Assembly (NCBI GenBank): GCA_043228905.1 | Contig: JBHGNT010000062.1 | Span: 1 to 64,000, forward strand | DNA from: Azolla caroliniana | Lineage: Eukaryota > Plantae > Polypodiophyta | DNA: 64,000 nucleotides | Direction: 5' to 3' | In this document: positions 39,301 to 51,934 of the stretch, in pieces | Position numbering within the stretch: position 1 is the stretch's first letter | How the letters are laid out: each line of letters begins with the position of its first letter | Translations under genes and position numbers: made by a program | Notes under the pieces: generated by a model | Databases searched by the model: none | Told to the model about the DNA's origin: nothing | What the model saw: the letters and a program-made list of their open reading frames with translations, nothing else

Positions 39301-41948
39301 CTCCCTGGAGACGGTCAATTAGATCGTCAGCCCGGGGCAATGGGTACGAATTCTTGATCGTCACTTTATTCAAGCATCGATAATTAATACACATACGCCA
39401 TGTGCCCTCTTTCTTTTTTACCAAGAGAACTGGTGCACCCCATGGAGATTTACTATAACGTATATAACCCATTCATAAATAGTCCTTGAGTTGCTTAGAT
39501 ACCTCATCTTCTTCGGATCGACTTAAGCGATACGGAGGTATACTTATTGGTGCAACACCAGGTACAATATCTATACGATGGTCTATATTACATTTAGGAG
39601 GTAACCCATCAGGTAATTCACTTGGAAAAAACATCATGAAAATCATTTAAGATTTCATCAAGTTGTTGTTGTTCAAAATATGTTAATTGAACTAGGAAAT
39701 TTTCGATATTGTAAATGTGAATGTCAGGATCAAGTACACAATAAAATAAGGTAGAACAAGACAACTCGGATATTGATGGACATGAGGAAACAATCGAGAG
39801 GGATTGTTTTTTTACACATGAATAAAATGAGTACACTCGTTCAGTACAAAAGAAATGGAATGGCGAACCCAATCAATAAATAAAGAAGAGTTTTTATTAT
39901 AAAACCAGGGATAACCCAGTATTACATCGGTGGTACAAAGATTCATTACATGGAAGTCTACTTCCTCTATATAAGTATCAATAGAAATTCCTAATGAATG
40001 AATCGCCCCGTTGATGTATTGTACTCTTCCATCAGCCAAGTGCACCGTGTAGGTGTGATCACTTACAGTGGGTTGGATTCCCCATATCTGAACCAAACGA
40101 TCATTCACAAAATTGTGTGAGCTTCCCGAATCAAATAAAAATTGTACGGGAGATCCATTGATATACCCGTTTGCACGTAGTAAATCATTGGGACCCAATA
40201 CATAGTGAGGGAAAGAATATTGACAATTACTTAAATGATGTGTATAGACCTGAAGGACATTAGGAATCTGACCTTTATGGTCTGCAGCTTTAGCTTTGTT
40301 GTCGTGCTCTTTCCGTTGGAGCTTTTGACATTGATCTTTTGTATGACCCTTCTTTTTGAAGAATACGCAAAAAGGATGTTGTCGCTTACAATCGCGATCC
40401 ATAAATTCGTTGGGTGTCTTGCGTTTCCCAACGAATTGCGACTGCTTAGTCCCGGGCGCTTCGTTGGGTTTGTTGTGGTCCTTCTTCGAAGTGCGTTGAT
40501 AGCGAAGAACTATTTCAACGGCCTCTTCGAAGGATTTTGGATCATTATCGTGCACTATCCAGTGATAGTCCAAATTGGGGATGCCATTGACAAAACAAGC
40601 TATCAACCAATTGTCCCCTTCTAGACCAATTGTCCCCATTGATTTGGGTTCTAGCATGGTGAACATAGTCTTATAGCGAGGAAAATTTCCTGCTAGAGAG
40701 GTTCATTAAAGCTTGTGCTGCCTCGGTTCGAGAGAGAGGTTGCAGAAATTGGCCCTTAAAAACCGTGACAAAATCTGTCCAGGTATCGGGCAATTTCCCC
40801 ATTGTACGGAGCCCACGCCACTAGGCGGCGGCCTTACCCCCGAGTTCTCGGCCGACATATGCAATCTTCATACTATCTGGCGTGGGATAGAGCTCAAAAT
40901 GAGACTCCCATCGTCCCAGCCATGTGCAGATTGCTTCTTTGGTTCTTTCCTTTCTATCTCCCATAAATGGCTTAACGACAAATGATGGTTCACCTTATCG
41001 CTCATCAGATCTATTAGTCTCACGTTGTAGACTAAAGACACGTGCCTCAAGATCACTCTGAGATTGCCGAAGTTCGGTCATCGGTTGAGCAGTGAAACTA
41101 AGGTATTGGGTTATTTGTGCCAAATACATCTCAATGGACATTTGTCCAGGAGGATTCCTTGAGTTCCTTTCGCTTGAGCGGATGACATCGGGAAAAGATT
41201 ATTTCTGGAAAAGAAATAAAATAAGGTCAGAGAGATAGTCATAACATCATGTCATGATGTAAACATATCATGGGCAAACATTAATCGATATCATGATCTC
41301 ACGTCAATACCCCTCTAGACGTATGAGATGAGGTTCAAGATGAGGTTACTATGGTAACACAAAGGTGTTTTCAAAACCATGGGGGTGACAATTTAATGTC
41401 TTTCCCTGATCTCTATAACGATTTTTTCATGGCGGCTCCCCGAGGCTCAACCATGTATGTTCGCGTCATGAGTAGTTTATACACGAAAAAAAATGTTAAC
41501 AATAAACTATGTTTCTTTGCCCACATATGTGGTTTCGGCTCTTTAAGTCCTATTACGAGGACCCCGAGGTGCACTTAAACCTTAAGTCTAAACATGTGTT
41601 ATAGTCATATGTATCAAGGATGTTGTATGGTCTTGGTCATATTTGAACTGGAGACCTCGAGAACAAATACATTAAACACTTGAGCTAACCAAGTAAGTTG
41701 CTCTTCTCGAATACTTAATGTTTGATGCGTATAAGAGATATGCGAGGCATTTGATCATATATGTTTTTTTTAAAAGAACATATATGTCAAGGGTCCTTAT
41801 TTCGCCCTCATTTACCAAACTATGTTGGTACGTTACCTAACCTCAAGTCTCGTAATTACGATGGCATACGCCAAAGTGCAACCTAATGGTCAAGCCAAAT
41901 GAGCCCTCATTTCGTAGTAGGCCCACGTGGCCCATCACATGGTCACGT
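36329..41948 (-). mobile_element. Chromovirus E (Ty3/gypsy with chromodomain), degenerate; leader interrupted by G1a and apparently resuming at 63792
   Basis: 3' LTR 36329-36783 with PPT complement TACTCCCCCTC. Chromodomain PERILD..W..DATWE (~36840-36965). [63 protein letters not shown]. Degenerate zinc knuckle. Confidence 0.93.
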
Positions 41949-44753
41949 TGTCGCATTGGTACGCGCGCGCGTGGAGAACAAGGCGGGACCACTGGGGTCT
42001 TGGACCGAGGAATAGGTGAGAAGAGGGAGAGAGAGAGAGAGAGCGAGAGAGCGAGAAATGCTCACACACGTATAGACAAAGAAGCGCACGGGGACGCAAC
42101 CCAACAACACAGGAGACACGAGTTGAGAACGCTAGCGTATGTATATAAATATGTGTATGTATTTGTATGTATGCAGACGACTCAAACGGTTACAGTCGAT
42201 CAGGTCGGCGAGATGGATGTCGGCGCCTGATCACCCACGCACACAAGAGAGCAAGATGGAGATTCTGTCGGAAGCACACGGGCATTCCACGGAGCAGGAT
42301 CAGCCTCCTGAGAACCTGCGCAAAAGAAAGCTATGGAGAACGACAGAGAAGAAGAGCTCGGTCCCAGTTCGACAGCACTTCGTCCGCTCTAGCGCGCGAT
42401 ACCTTCTCTCCCCCGTCTCCCTCTCTTTTATAGCTCAAGGAGGGAGGCCGTTTCACCCGTTTACATCACATTAATTCTCTGTCCTTTCGGACAGAGATAC
42501 TCCTCGATTTCCCCTATAGAATATTGCTACCTAGGATTTGAGCTTTGTGCCTACCTATCCACTATACAACAAGGGGCGTGCCCATGTGTAAGGGCCGGTT
42601 CACACACACCATACACGGTTTGCTGCCTAGGGACGGTTTTCTTCACGATATCCGCCCCCACCTAACTGCGCATCCACCGGTATGCGCCAAAATTGAGTTC
42701 CTACGGGAGAAAACCGATCCTTGCTTTTATTCCTCGTTTACCGGTTCATACTCCGCCTCAGGCTACTCGTCGTTGTTGTCCATGCCCCCTAGCTCCGGCT
42801 CACCATCGTGTCGTTTCTTGAATGCTTTGATCCTCTTCCCCGCTACCGGTATCGCCATTCTCGTACCGTCGAGCTCCGCGAGATGGTACGTCCCATTGCC
42901 GTTGGCACCTGTTACTACGTAAGGCCCGAACCACCTCCTCGCAAACTTCCGTGTGGCCCTATGCTGATTGTCGAGGCTGCTGTTGTAGACTAGCACCCAG
43001 TCGCCTTCCTCGATCTTCCTTGGCCGGAGCCGGTGTGTTCGGTTGAACCGGGCTTTGTTCCTTATCCTCGCTACCCGAAGTTTCTCCGCAGCACGCTCTA
43101 CGTCCTCCGGCCTCCGCTCGAGCTGTCGAATCCGTGCCGCCAACAGTTCCTCCTGGCTCATCTCATCCCTCCAGTCCACCGTGGCCCACGAGGAGATCGT
43201 TCGCTCTGTTGGCATGATCGGCTTCTGTCCGAACATAAGCTCGGCCGGCATGAACCCGGTTACCGAACTGTGCGTAGTCCAGTCCGCCCACAAGCCATAA
43301 GGTAGCAGCCGTGATCAGTTCCCGACTTGGCCTCCGCACGCCCGTACTAGCGCTTTGACAATTGGCCCGTGTCAGCGCTCCACCTTCCCGTTCGCCTCCG
43401 GATTGTACGCTGTGGTGAGCGAAAGTTTGACTCCTAGCCGGTTGAACAACACTTCGGCCTCTTCTGCGTACAACTCACCACAGTCAGCCACGATCTTCCC
43501 TACGCACTTGTATCGGCATACCACGTCCTCAATCAAAAACCTGCATACGGTTGCAGTCGTCTTGTTCTGCAGGGCTCTGCCTTCAACCTGGTTTGTTAGA
43601 TCCTCCTGAGCCAACACCAGATACCACATCTGTCCTACCCCCATTGGCATCGTCACCAAATCCACCATCCATTTGAAGTGGACGGTCGGAGGGTAGGTCG
43701 GGTGGAGCTCGTCCCGGTGTCGGATCATGGAGTGAACCTGGCAGCTTTCGCAAGTCAGCACGAACCGATGCACGTCCCGATATAGTCCCGGCCACCAGTA
43801 AATCGACCTTTCGGCGAAGGCCTCCGCAAACTCGTCTATTGTCAGTCCGATTCCTGCATTTCGAATGGTCACCTTGTTGACCGACTGCAGGTCTTCAATA
43901 AAGCGCAGCGTGCCGTCCTTCTTCGGCAAGGTAAACCACCGATTCGAGTATGGGGCACTCGACGGTTCGAGCATTCCCATCTCGACCTTCTGCTTTAACA
44001 GCTCCATCAGCTTCGGGATGTGAGCTCTGGGTACTGGAATCGGTTTGAGACTCCACCGCACATGCGGTACCGTGAATATCACCATCGGTTCCACGATTGT
44101 CGGGGCAGTGCACCCGATCTCCTCCGGTGAGAATGTGAAAGCCTTCCCGTGCCTTCCGAGCATTCCCCGAAAACGGTCCTCTTCCGCCAGCAGTAGGAAG
44201 CCGCCCCCACCAATTTTGAGCTCGCAGCGTTATGTCGGTGAACGTGTGTCCTATGCAGGCCGAAGTTCGTAAACTCGGGTCCGATGCAACCCCCTTTTTT
44301 CGCAACTCGGTGCCCTCCGGCAAGGGAACCGCGACTAGCCTCACCTCTCGGTCCACAGTCTTGTACCTCGTGTCCACCCGGGCCGTCCGATCCAACTCGA
44401 GCCCTCTAATGAAGTCCGCGATGACTTCATATATCCTTTCCGAACATACCGGAATCGTCCGGTCCTCTTTAAGGACTCCTCCGACTACCTCTCGCAGCTC
44501 CCCCAAGGTATCGATGAAAGAGACCGCCTCCACGGCTCCGTTGATTTCCTCTCCAAGGCCGAGGATACCACATGCCCGAAGTTGCTCCTCCGCCCTTTTC
44601 TTCTTCTTGCCAACAACGTCGACTATCGTACACCCTCCGTTGTCGGAGAACCAAATTTCCTACTTATAGTACAGGTCTTCTTTGCTATCGTACACTTGTG
44701 GGGTTCTCCAAGAGTGTCCGGACTATCGCGGCCCCACGCCTTGATAGCCCTCT

Positions 44754-46880
44754 CTAAAAATCCTCTCGGCTTTCGCCCTCGAGGGTCTCAAGGTTCCGCT
44801 CATGGTTCGGTCTCACCGTTAGGAACTCGACCGAGTGACGCCCATCCTGGCTCTTGACCCTTGCATAGGGCGAGCCGTTGTCTAGCACCTTGGTCTCCAT
44901 CCGTGTTGCCGTGATGTACGGTACTCCTAGTATAACCGGATGTGAGGACGTCTCCTGCACGAGGAAGTGTTGATCTATCTCGACATCGCCAATCTTTACT
45001 CGTACATTCAGGCAGGCTCCATGCAGTTCTTCGGTGGCACGCATCGTTGCCCGTATTTTCCACCCGTGCTTGGTGTTGATCGGTCATTTCCCTTTCTTAT
45101 AGAAGTCCATGGACATCAAATTGATTTCTGAACCGTGGTCCACCAACGCCACCACCAGTTCATGAACATCTCCGATCTTCACGGGGGTCTCCGTGGTCGC
45201 TCTGGCCCAGTGCGGCCGCGAATAGTGGCTCTTTGCCAACTCGTCTTCCAGCGCCATGTCCTCTATGTGCGTCGCCCGCACCTCCACTGGCTTCTTTGGT
45301 TCTGTCTCCGTCGACAGCCTCTTCCTCTTCACCAAGTCTACGATGGAGTCGTGGAACTCCTTCTTGGCGATCCCGAGCACTTACCTCGGCGACAGGTCCA
45401 CCTTGCTGTCGAGGATTCGTTCTTCCAAGACCTTTCGCAAGTCCATGGATCTTTTGATTTCTGTGCCCAGGCGGTACCCGCCCCTCTTGGGATTATCCTG
45501 GGCGCCGGTTACACCGGCCTCATTACGTCTTTGCCCAAATCGAGTTTCATATCGTTGTGAGGACTTGGCCCCCCCGGTTTTCCCTACCCGCTTGTCCTCC
45601 ACCAGAGCCTCGTAGTTTTGACAAGCGGCTTCGACGAAGCCCGTCTTTTCTTCCACCGGGTCACTCCACCGGGTCACCTCCCGGACCCATTTTTCAGCGC
45701 GGTCCGCCTCTTCTTTCCTTAGTCGTGCGCCGGCGAGGCCTTCTAGCATCGTCGGCCAGAACCCAGCTTTGCTCGTCTTCGGGGCCTCGCCACCTCTGAC
45801 CCGAATAATAGCTGACACTGAGTAGTGGACGGTCTCCGCGTGACAAGCCGCCGCCTCCTCCATCAGCCTTTTCATACCCCCTCGCCCGACGTTCAAGTCC
45901 AGGGGCCTTCGGGTTTCGCTGTCGTGCATCAGACCGTTCCACAGGTACACCACGTTGCTTCTCATCGCCTCGGCGAAGTCCCCGCAGTCCTTCCGGATGT
46001 GGCCAACCGCGTCACACCACATGCACTTGTTTCCAGCCAGAGGTCGTCGGTCACGGCCCTGTTCACTACCGTCCCTCCATGCCTGGGCGATCTGGAGATC
46101 CTTTACCATCCGCATCAGTTCCTCCAGAGCTACTCCCCCAGACGAGCCCTTGATCATGCCAGTCGAAGCCGATCCGGTCTCGAGCCAATCTCGGGTCTCT
46201 TCCCTTCGCGTTGGTGGCGTTGGCTCGAGCTTCCTCGCTGTGACAGAGCCCGCCCCTGTCGATCCTTTGTCAACCCATTCCCGTCGTTTGTCGAAACGGC
46301 CACAGACCCTTTTCACCACGGCCCAGTCGGCCGTCAGCCCTTCATCAGTCTCCAATAGGAGGCCTACCTGCTCCCAATCCCGCTCATCAACTAACTTAAC
46401 AAACAATAGGACACGGCTTGTGCCCAGAACGGTCCAATCAAGCACCGAGAGGCGCGCGAAGCGTTCCTCAAACTCCCGGAGGAGCACCGACGCGTTCCTT
46501 CCTTTGTTGGGGGTCTCCACCCATCCCAGCAAGTCCCGCCTCGAAAGTCGAAGTGCATCTTCAAGCCCGTATTTTTCGAGGAGCTGACCTTCGAACTCCT
46601 CCCAGATCCGGCTCTCGGCCCGTACCTCAAGCACCTCCGTATGGATACCCGGCATCGCCACTCGAGGGAATCCGGCTATACGCCTCTCTTCCGGAATGTC
46701 CCTCATTACCATCTCAGCCTAGTAGGACGCCAAGTACCTTATGGCATCCTTCCCACTAAATCGGCCGATCGTACCGACAACCGCCTCGATAGCCCTATCA
46801 AGGGCATCGGTGCCTTCGCGCGCACTCACTATACGGTCCACAACCGAAGCCATGGCTTCTGCAAGGTCCGACCCCCTCAT
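44754..46880 (-). pseudogene. G1a gag-pro, duplicate copy with premature stops
   Basis: ORFs 45381-46712, 45084-45380 and 44754-45044 match 48680-50806 at an offset of 3926 bp. Confidence 0.9.
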
Positions 46881-48679
46881 CTTCTACTCCTCTGCCGCCT
46901 CATCACGTCAGGTTCACCAAATATGTCGCGTTGGTACGCGCGTGCATGGAGAACAAGGCGGGACCACTGGGGTCTTGGACCGAGGAATAAGTGAGAAGAG
47001 GCAGAGAGAGAGAGAGAGCGAGAGAGCGAGATATGCGCACACACGTATGGACAAAGAAGCGCACGGGGACGCGGCCCAACAACACAGGAGACACGAGTTG
47101 AGAATGCTAGCGTATGTATATAAATATGTGTATGTATTTGTATGTATGCAGACAACTCGAACGGTTACAGCCGATCAGGTCGGCGAGATGGATGTGGGCG
47201 CCTGATCACCCACGCACACAGGAGAGCAAGATGGAGATTCTGCCGGAAGCACACGGGCTTTCCACGGAGCAGGATCAGCCTCCTGAGAACCTGCGCAAAA
47301 GAAAGCTATGGAGAACGATAGAGAAGAAGAGCTCGGACCCAGTCCGACAGCACTTCGTCCCCTCTAGCGCGCAATACCTTCTCTCCCCCTTCTCCCTCTC
47401 TTTTATAGCTCAAGGAGGGAGGCCGTTTCATCGATGTGCGTCGCCACGATTTTCCGGCACCCGTCCGGTCCGATCGTCTCGTCCCTTTCCTCCACCGGGC
47501 ATCCCTTGATCGGGACATCGTCCAGGAACGGTATGGTGATGTCCGAGATACAATCCCTCAGTACCTTGTTCATTGCGTTCACCATGTGAGCCACCGAGTT
47601 CGTCCCTCCTTGTGGTAGGGTACACATCCGTACTAGACCGAGAGGAGTTCGCATTGTCGTGATGTCTCTACTCTCTATGGCTAGCTGGAACTGATCGTAC
47701 CCCGAGTACAGATCACCGACCGAGTAAATCGACCTTTCGGCGAAGGCCTCCGCAAACTCGTCTATTGTCAGTCCGATTCCTGCATTTCGAATGGTCACCT
47801 TGTTGACCGGGTGCAGGTCTTCAATAAAGCGTAGCGTGCCGTCCTTCTTCGGCAAGGTAAACCACCGATTCGAGTATAGGGCACTTGACGGTTCGAGGAT
47901 TCCCATCTCGACCTTCTGCTTTAACAACTCCATCAGCTTCGGGATGTGAGCTCTGGGTACTGGAATCGGTTTGAGACTCCAACGCACATGCGGTACCGTT
48001 AATATCACCATCGGTTCCACGATTGTCGGGGCAGTGCACCCGATCTCCTCCGGTGAGAATGTGAAAGCCTTCCCGTGCCTTCCGAGCATTCCCCGAAAAC
48101 GGTCCTCTTCCGCCAGCAGTAGGAAGCCGCCCCCACCAATTTTGAGCTCGCAGCGTTATGTCGGTGAACGTGTGTCCTATGCAGGCCGAAGTTCGTAAAC
48201 TCGGGTCCGATGCAACCCCCTTTTTTCGCAACTCGCTGCCCTCCGGCAAGGGAACCGCGACTAGCCTCACCTCTCGGTCCACAGTCTTGTACCTCGTGTC
48301 CACCCGGGCCGTCCGATCCAACTTGAGCCCTCTACTGAAGTCCGCGATGACTTCATACATCCTTTCCGAACATACCGGAATCGTCCGGTCCTCTTTAAGG
48401 ACTCCTCCGACTACCTCTCGCAGCTCCCCCAAGGTATCGATGAAAGAGACCGCCTCCACGGCTCCGTTGATTTCCTCTCCAAGGCCGAGGATACCACATG
48501 CCCGAAGTTGCTCCTCCGCCCTTTTCTTCTTCTTGCCAACAACGTCGACTATCGTACACCCTCCGTTGTCGGAGAACCAAATTTCCTACTTATAGTACAG
48601 GTCTTCTTTGCTATCGTACACTTGTGGGGTTTTCCCGGAGTGTCCGGACTATCGCGGCCCCATGCCTTGATAGCCCTCT

Positions 48680-50806
48680 CTAAAAATCTTCTCGGCTTTC
48701 GCCCTCGAGGGTCTCAAGGTTCCGCTCATGGTTCGGTCTCACCGTTAGGAACTCGACCGAGTGACGCCCATCCTGGCTCTTGACCCTTGTATAGGCCGAA
48801 CCGTTGTCTAGCACCTTGGTCTCCATCCGTGTTGCCGTGATGTACGGTTCTCCTAGTATAACCGGATGTGAGGACGTCTCCTGCACGAGGAAGTGCTGGT
48901 CAATCTCGACATCGCCGATCTTGACTCGTACATTCGGGCAGGCTCCATGCAGTTCTTCGGTGGCACGTATCGCTGCCCGTATTTTCCACCCCTGCTTGGT
49001 GTTGATCGGCCATTTCCCTTTCTTATAGAAGTCCATGGACATCAAATTGATTTCTGAACCGTGGTCCACCAACGCCACCACCAGTTCATGAACATCTCCG
49101 ATCTTCACGGGGGTCTCCTTGGTCGCTCTGGCCCAGTGCGGCCGCGAATAGTGGCTCTTTGCCAACTCGTCTTCCAGCGCCATGTCCTCTATGTGCGTCG
49201 TCCGCACCTCCACCGGCTTCTTTGGTTCTGTCTCCGTCGACAGCCTCTTCCTCTTCACCAAGTCTACGATGGAGTCGTGGAACTCCTTCTTGGCGATCCC
49301 GAGCACTAACCTCGGCGACAGTTCCACCTTGCTGTCGAGGATTCGTTCTTCCAAGACCTTTCGTAGGTCCATGGATCTTTTGATTTCTGTGCCCAGCCGG
49401 CACCCGCCCCTCTTGGGATTATCCTGGGCGCCGGTTACACCGGCCTCATTTCGTCTTTGCCCAAATCGAGTTTCATATCGTTGTGAGGACCCGGCCCCTC
49501 CGATTTTCCCTACCCGCTTGTCCTCCACCAGAGCCTCGTAGTTTTGACAAGCGGCTTCGACGAAGCCCGTCTTTTCTTCCACCGGGTCACTCCACCGGGT
49601 CACCTCCCGGACCCATTTTTCAGCGCGGTCCGCCTCTTCTTTCCTTAGTTGTGCGCCGACGAGGCCTTCTAGCATCGTCGGCCAGAACCCGGCTTTGCTC
49701 GTCTTCGGGGCCTCGCCACCTCCGACCCGAATACTAGCTGACACTGAGTAGTGGACGGTCTCTGCGTGACAAGCCGCCGCCTCCTCCATCAGCCTTTTCA
49801 TACCCCCTCGCCCGACGTTCAGGTCCAGGGGCCTTCGGGTTTCGCTGTCGTGCACCCGACCGTTCCACAGGTACACCACGTTGCTTCTCATCGCCTCGGC
49901 GAAGTCCCCGCAGTCCTTCCGGATGTGGCCAACCGCGTCACACCACATGCACTTGTTTCCAGCCAGAGGTCGTCGGTCACGGCCCTGTTCACTACCGTCC
50001 CTCCATGCCTGGGCGATCTGGAGATCCTTTACCATCCGCATCAGTTCCTCCAGAGCTACTCCCCCAGACGAGCCCTTGATCATGCCAGTCGAAGCCGATC
50101 CGGTCTCGAGCCAATCTCGGGTCTCTTCCCTTCGCGTTGGTGGTGTTGGCTCGAGCTTCCTCGCTGTGACAGAGCCCGCCCCTGTCGATCCTTTGTCAAC
50201 CCATTCCCGTCGTTTGTCGAAATGGCCACAGACCCTTTTCACCACGGCCCAGTCGGCCGTCAGCCCTTCATCAGTCTCCAATAGGAGGCCTACCTGCTCC
50301 CAATCCCGCTCATCAACTGACTTAACAAACAATAGGACACGGCTTGTGCCCAGAACGGTCCAATCAAGCACCGAGAGGCGCGCGAAGCGTTCCTCAAACT
50401 CCCGGAGGAGCACCGACGCGTTCCTTCCTTTGTTGGGGGTCTCCACCCACTCCATTAAGTCCCGCCTCGAAAGTCGAAGTGCATCTTCAAGCCCGTATTT
50501 TTCGAGGAGTCGACCTTCGAACTCCTCCCAGATCCGGCTCTCGGCCCGTACCTCGAGCACCTCCGTATGGATACCCGGCATCGCCACTCGAGGGAATCCG
50601 GCTAGACGCCTCTTTTTCGGAATGTCCCTCATTACCAACTCAGCCCAGTAGGACGCCAAGTAGCTTGTGGCATCCTTCCCACTAAATCGGCCGATCGTAC
50701 CGACAACCGCCTCGATAGCCCTATCAAGGGCGTCGGTGCCTTCGCGCGCACTCACTATACGGTCCACAACCGAAGCCATGGCTTCTGCAAGGTCCGACCC
50801 CCTCAT
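48680..50806 (-). CDS. gag: Uninterrupted Gag-protease polyprotein (708 aa) of G1a
   Basis: IGRFSGKDATSYL capsid-like start, CX2CX4HX4C knuckle CMWCDAVGHIRKDC, aspartic-protease-like LVDHGSEINLM and VILGEPY, ending REDF*. Confidence 0.88.
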   Translation of the reverse strand: MRGSDLAEAMASVVDRIVSAREGTDALDRAIEAVVGTIGRFSGKDATSYLASYWAELVMRDIPKKRRLAGFPRVAMPGIHTEVLEVRAESRIWEEFEGRLLEKYGLEDALRLSRRDLMEWVETPNKGRNASVLLREFEERFARLSVLDWTVLGTSRVLLFVKSVDERDWEQVGLLLETDEGLTADWAVVKRVCGHFDKRREWVDKGSTGAGSVTARKLEPTPPTRREETRDWLETGSASTGMIKGSSGGVALEELMRMVKDLQIAQAWRDGSEQGRDRRPLAGNKCMWCDAVGHIRKDCGDFAEAMRSNVVYLWNGRVHDSETRRPLDLNVGRGGMKRLMEEAAACHAETVHYSVSASIRVGGGEAPKTSKAGFWPTMLEGLVGAQLRKEEADRAEKWVREVTRWSDPVEEKTGFVEAACQNYEALVEDKRVGKIGGAGSSQRYETRFGQRRNEAGVTGAQDNPKRGGCRLGTEIKRSMDLRKVLEERILDSKVELSPRLVLGIAKKEFHDSIVDLVKRKRLSTETEPKKPVEVRTTHIEDMALEDELAKSHYSRPHWARATKETPVKIGDVHELVVALVDHGSEINLMSMDFYKKGKWPINTKQGWKIRAAIRATEELHGACPNVRVKIGDVEIDQHFLVQETSSHPVILGEPYITATRMETKVLDNGSAYTRVKSQDGRHSVEFLTVRPNHERNLETLEGESREDF

Positions 50807-51894
50807 CTTCTACTCCTCTGCCGCCTCATCACGTCAGGTTCACCAAATATGTCGCGTTGGTACGCTTGTGCATGGAGAACAAGGCGGGACCACTGGGGTC
50901 TTGGACCGAGGAATAAGTGAGAAGAGGCAGAGAGAGAGAGAGAGCGAGAGAGCGAGATACGCGCACACACGTATAGACAAAGAAGCGCACGGGGACGCGG
51001 CCCAACAACAGAGGAGACACGAGTTGAGAATGCTAGCGTATGTATATAAATATGTGAATGTATTTGTATGTATGCAGACAACTCGAACGGTTACAGCCGA
51101 TCAGGTCGGCGAGATGGATGCCGGCGCCTGATCACCCACGCACACAGGAGAGCAAGATGGAGATTCTGCCGGAAGCACACGGGCGTTCCACGGAGCAGGA
51201 TCAGCCTCCTGAGAACCTGCGCAAAAGAAAGCTATGGAGAACTTCTTCCCCTCTAGCGCGCTGTCGTGAAGAGAACCGTCCACAAGCGGAATCGGTGCAC
51301 AGGAGCGTAGGAACCGGCTCTTCTCGAATGTTGCCCATAGAAGATCCTAGGCAGGTATATTTAGTGGGTAGGAAGAAAGGGGGGCAACGGCTCCTTCCTT
51401 GCCTATAAAAGGAGGGAGACGAGAAAGGGGGAGGGGATCGGGGAGAGTCGAGGACGAAGTGTTGTCGGTTTGTGTGCGAAGGCTTCTCTCTCTCTCTCTG
51501 GTTCGCAAACTCCATAGCTTCCTTCTATGAAGGTTTCGGGAGGCTCGCACTGCTCTGAGGAATGCCCGAGTGCTTCCGGCAGCACCTCCGACCTGCTCCT
51601 GTCTTTCTGTGCGTTTACGAACAGGCATCGGCATTTGTTCGCCGGCCTATTCGGTTGTAACCGACTTTGTGTTTTTGTTGCTTCCGTGTTCTTGTTGTTG
51701 TCTTGTTAATATATACATACATTCGTGTCTCTCCGTGTCGCTGTCCCACTCGCGTCTTTGTGTTGAAGGGCCGCGTCCCTGTGAATCTACGCTTGCACGT
51801 AGTGGGTCTCTTGTCCCTTCTCTCTTGCTCTTCGGTACAGGACCCCTGAGGTCCCACCTCATTCCACGCATCCGCGAGGAAAACCTCGACATCT

Positions 51895-51912
51895 TGGTGA
51901 ACCCGACGTGAA
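51895..51912 (+). promoter_or_regulatory. Primer-binding site, tRNA-Trp (18 nt)
   Basis: TGGTGAACCCGACGTGAA is the complement of ..TTCACGTCGGGTTCACCA, the plant cytosolic tRNA-Trp 3' end as I recall it. Confidence 0.82.
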
Positions 51913-51934
51913 GGAGGTGGCAGAAGAGCAGAAG

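Noticed and set aside
49881-50651. Long antisense ORFs over G1 and copia coding regions (e.g. 256 aa here, also 45955-46587 and 59015-60565)
   Set aside because: Ser/Arg/Pro-rich shadow frames expected opposite GC-rich coding sequence, with no recognisable domain.
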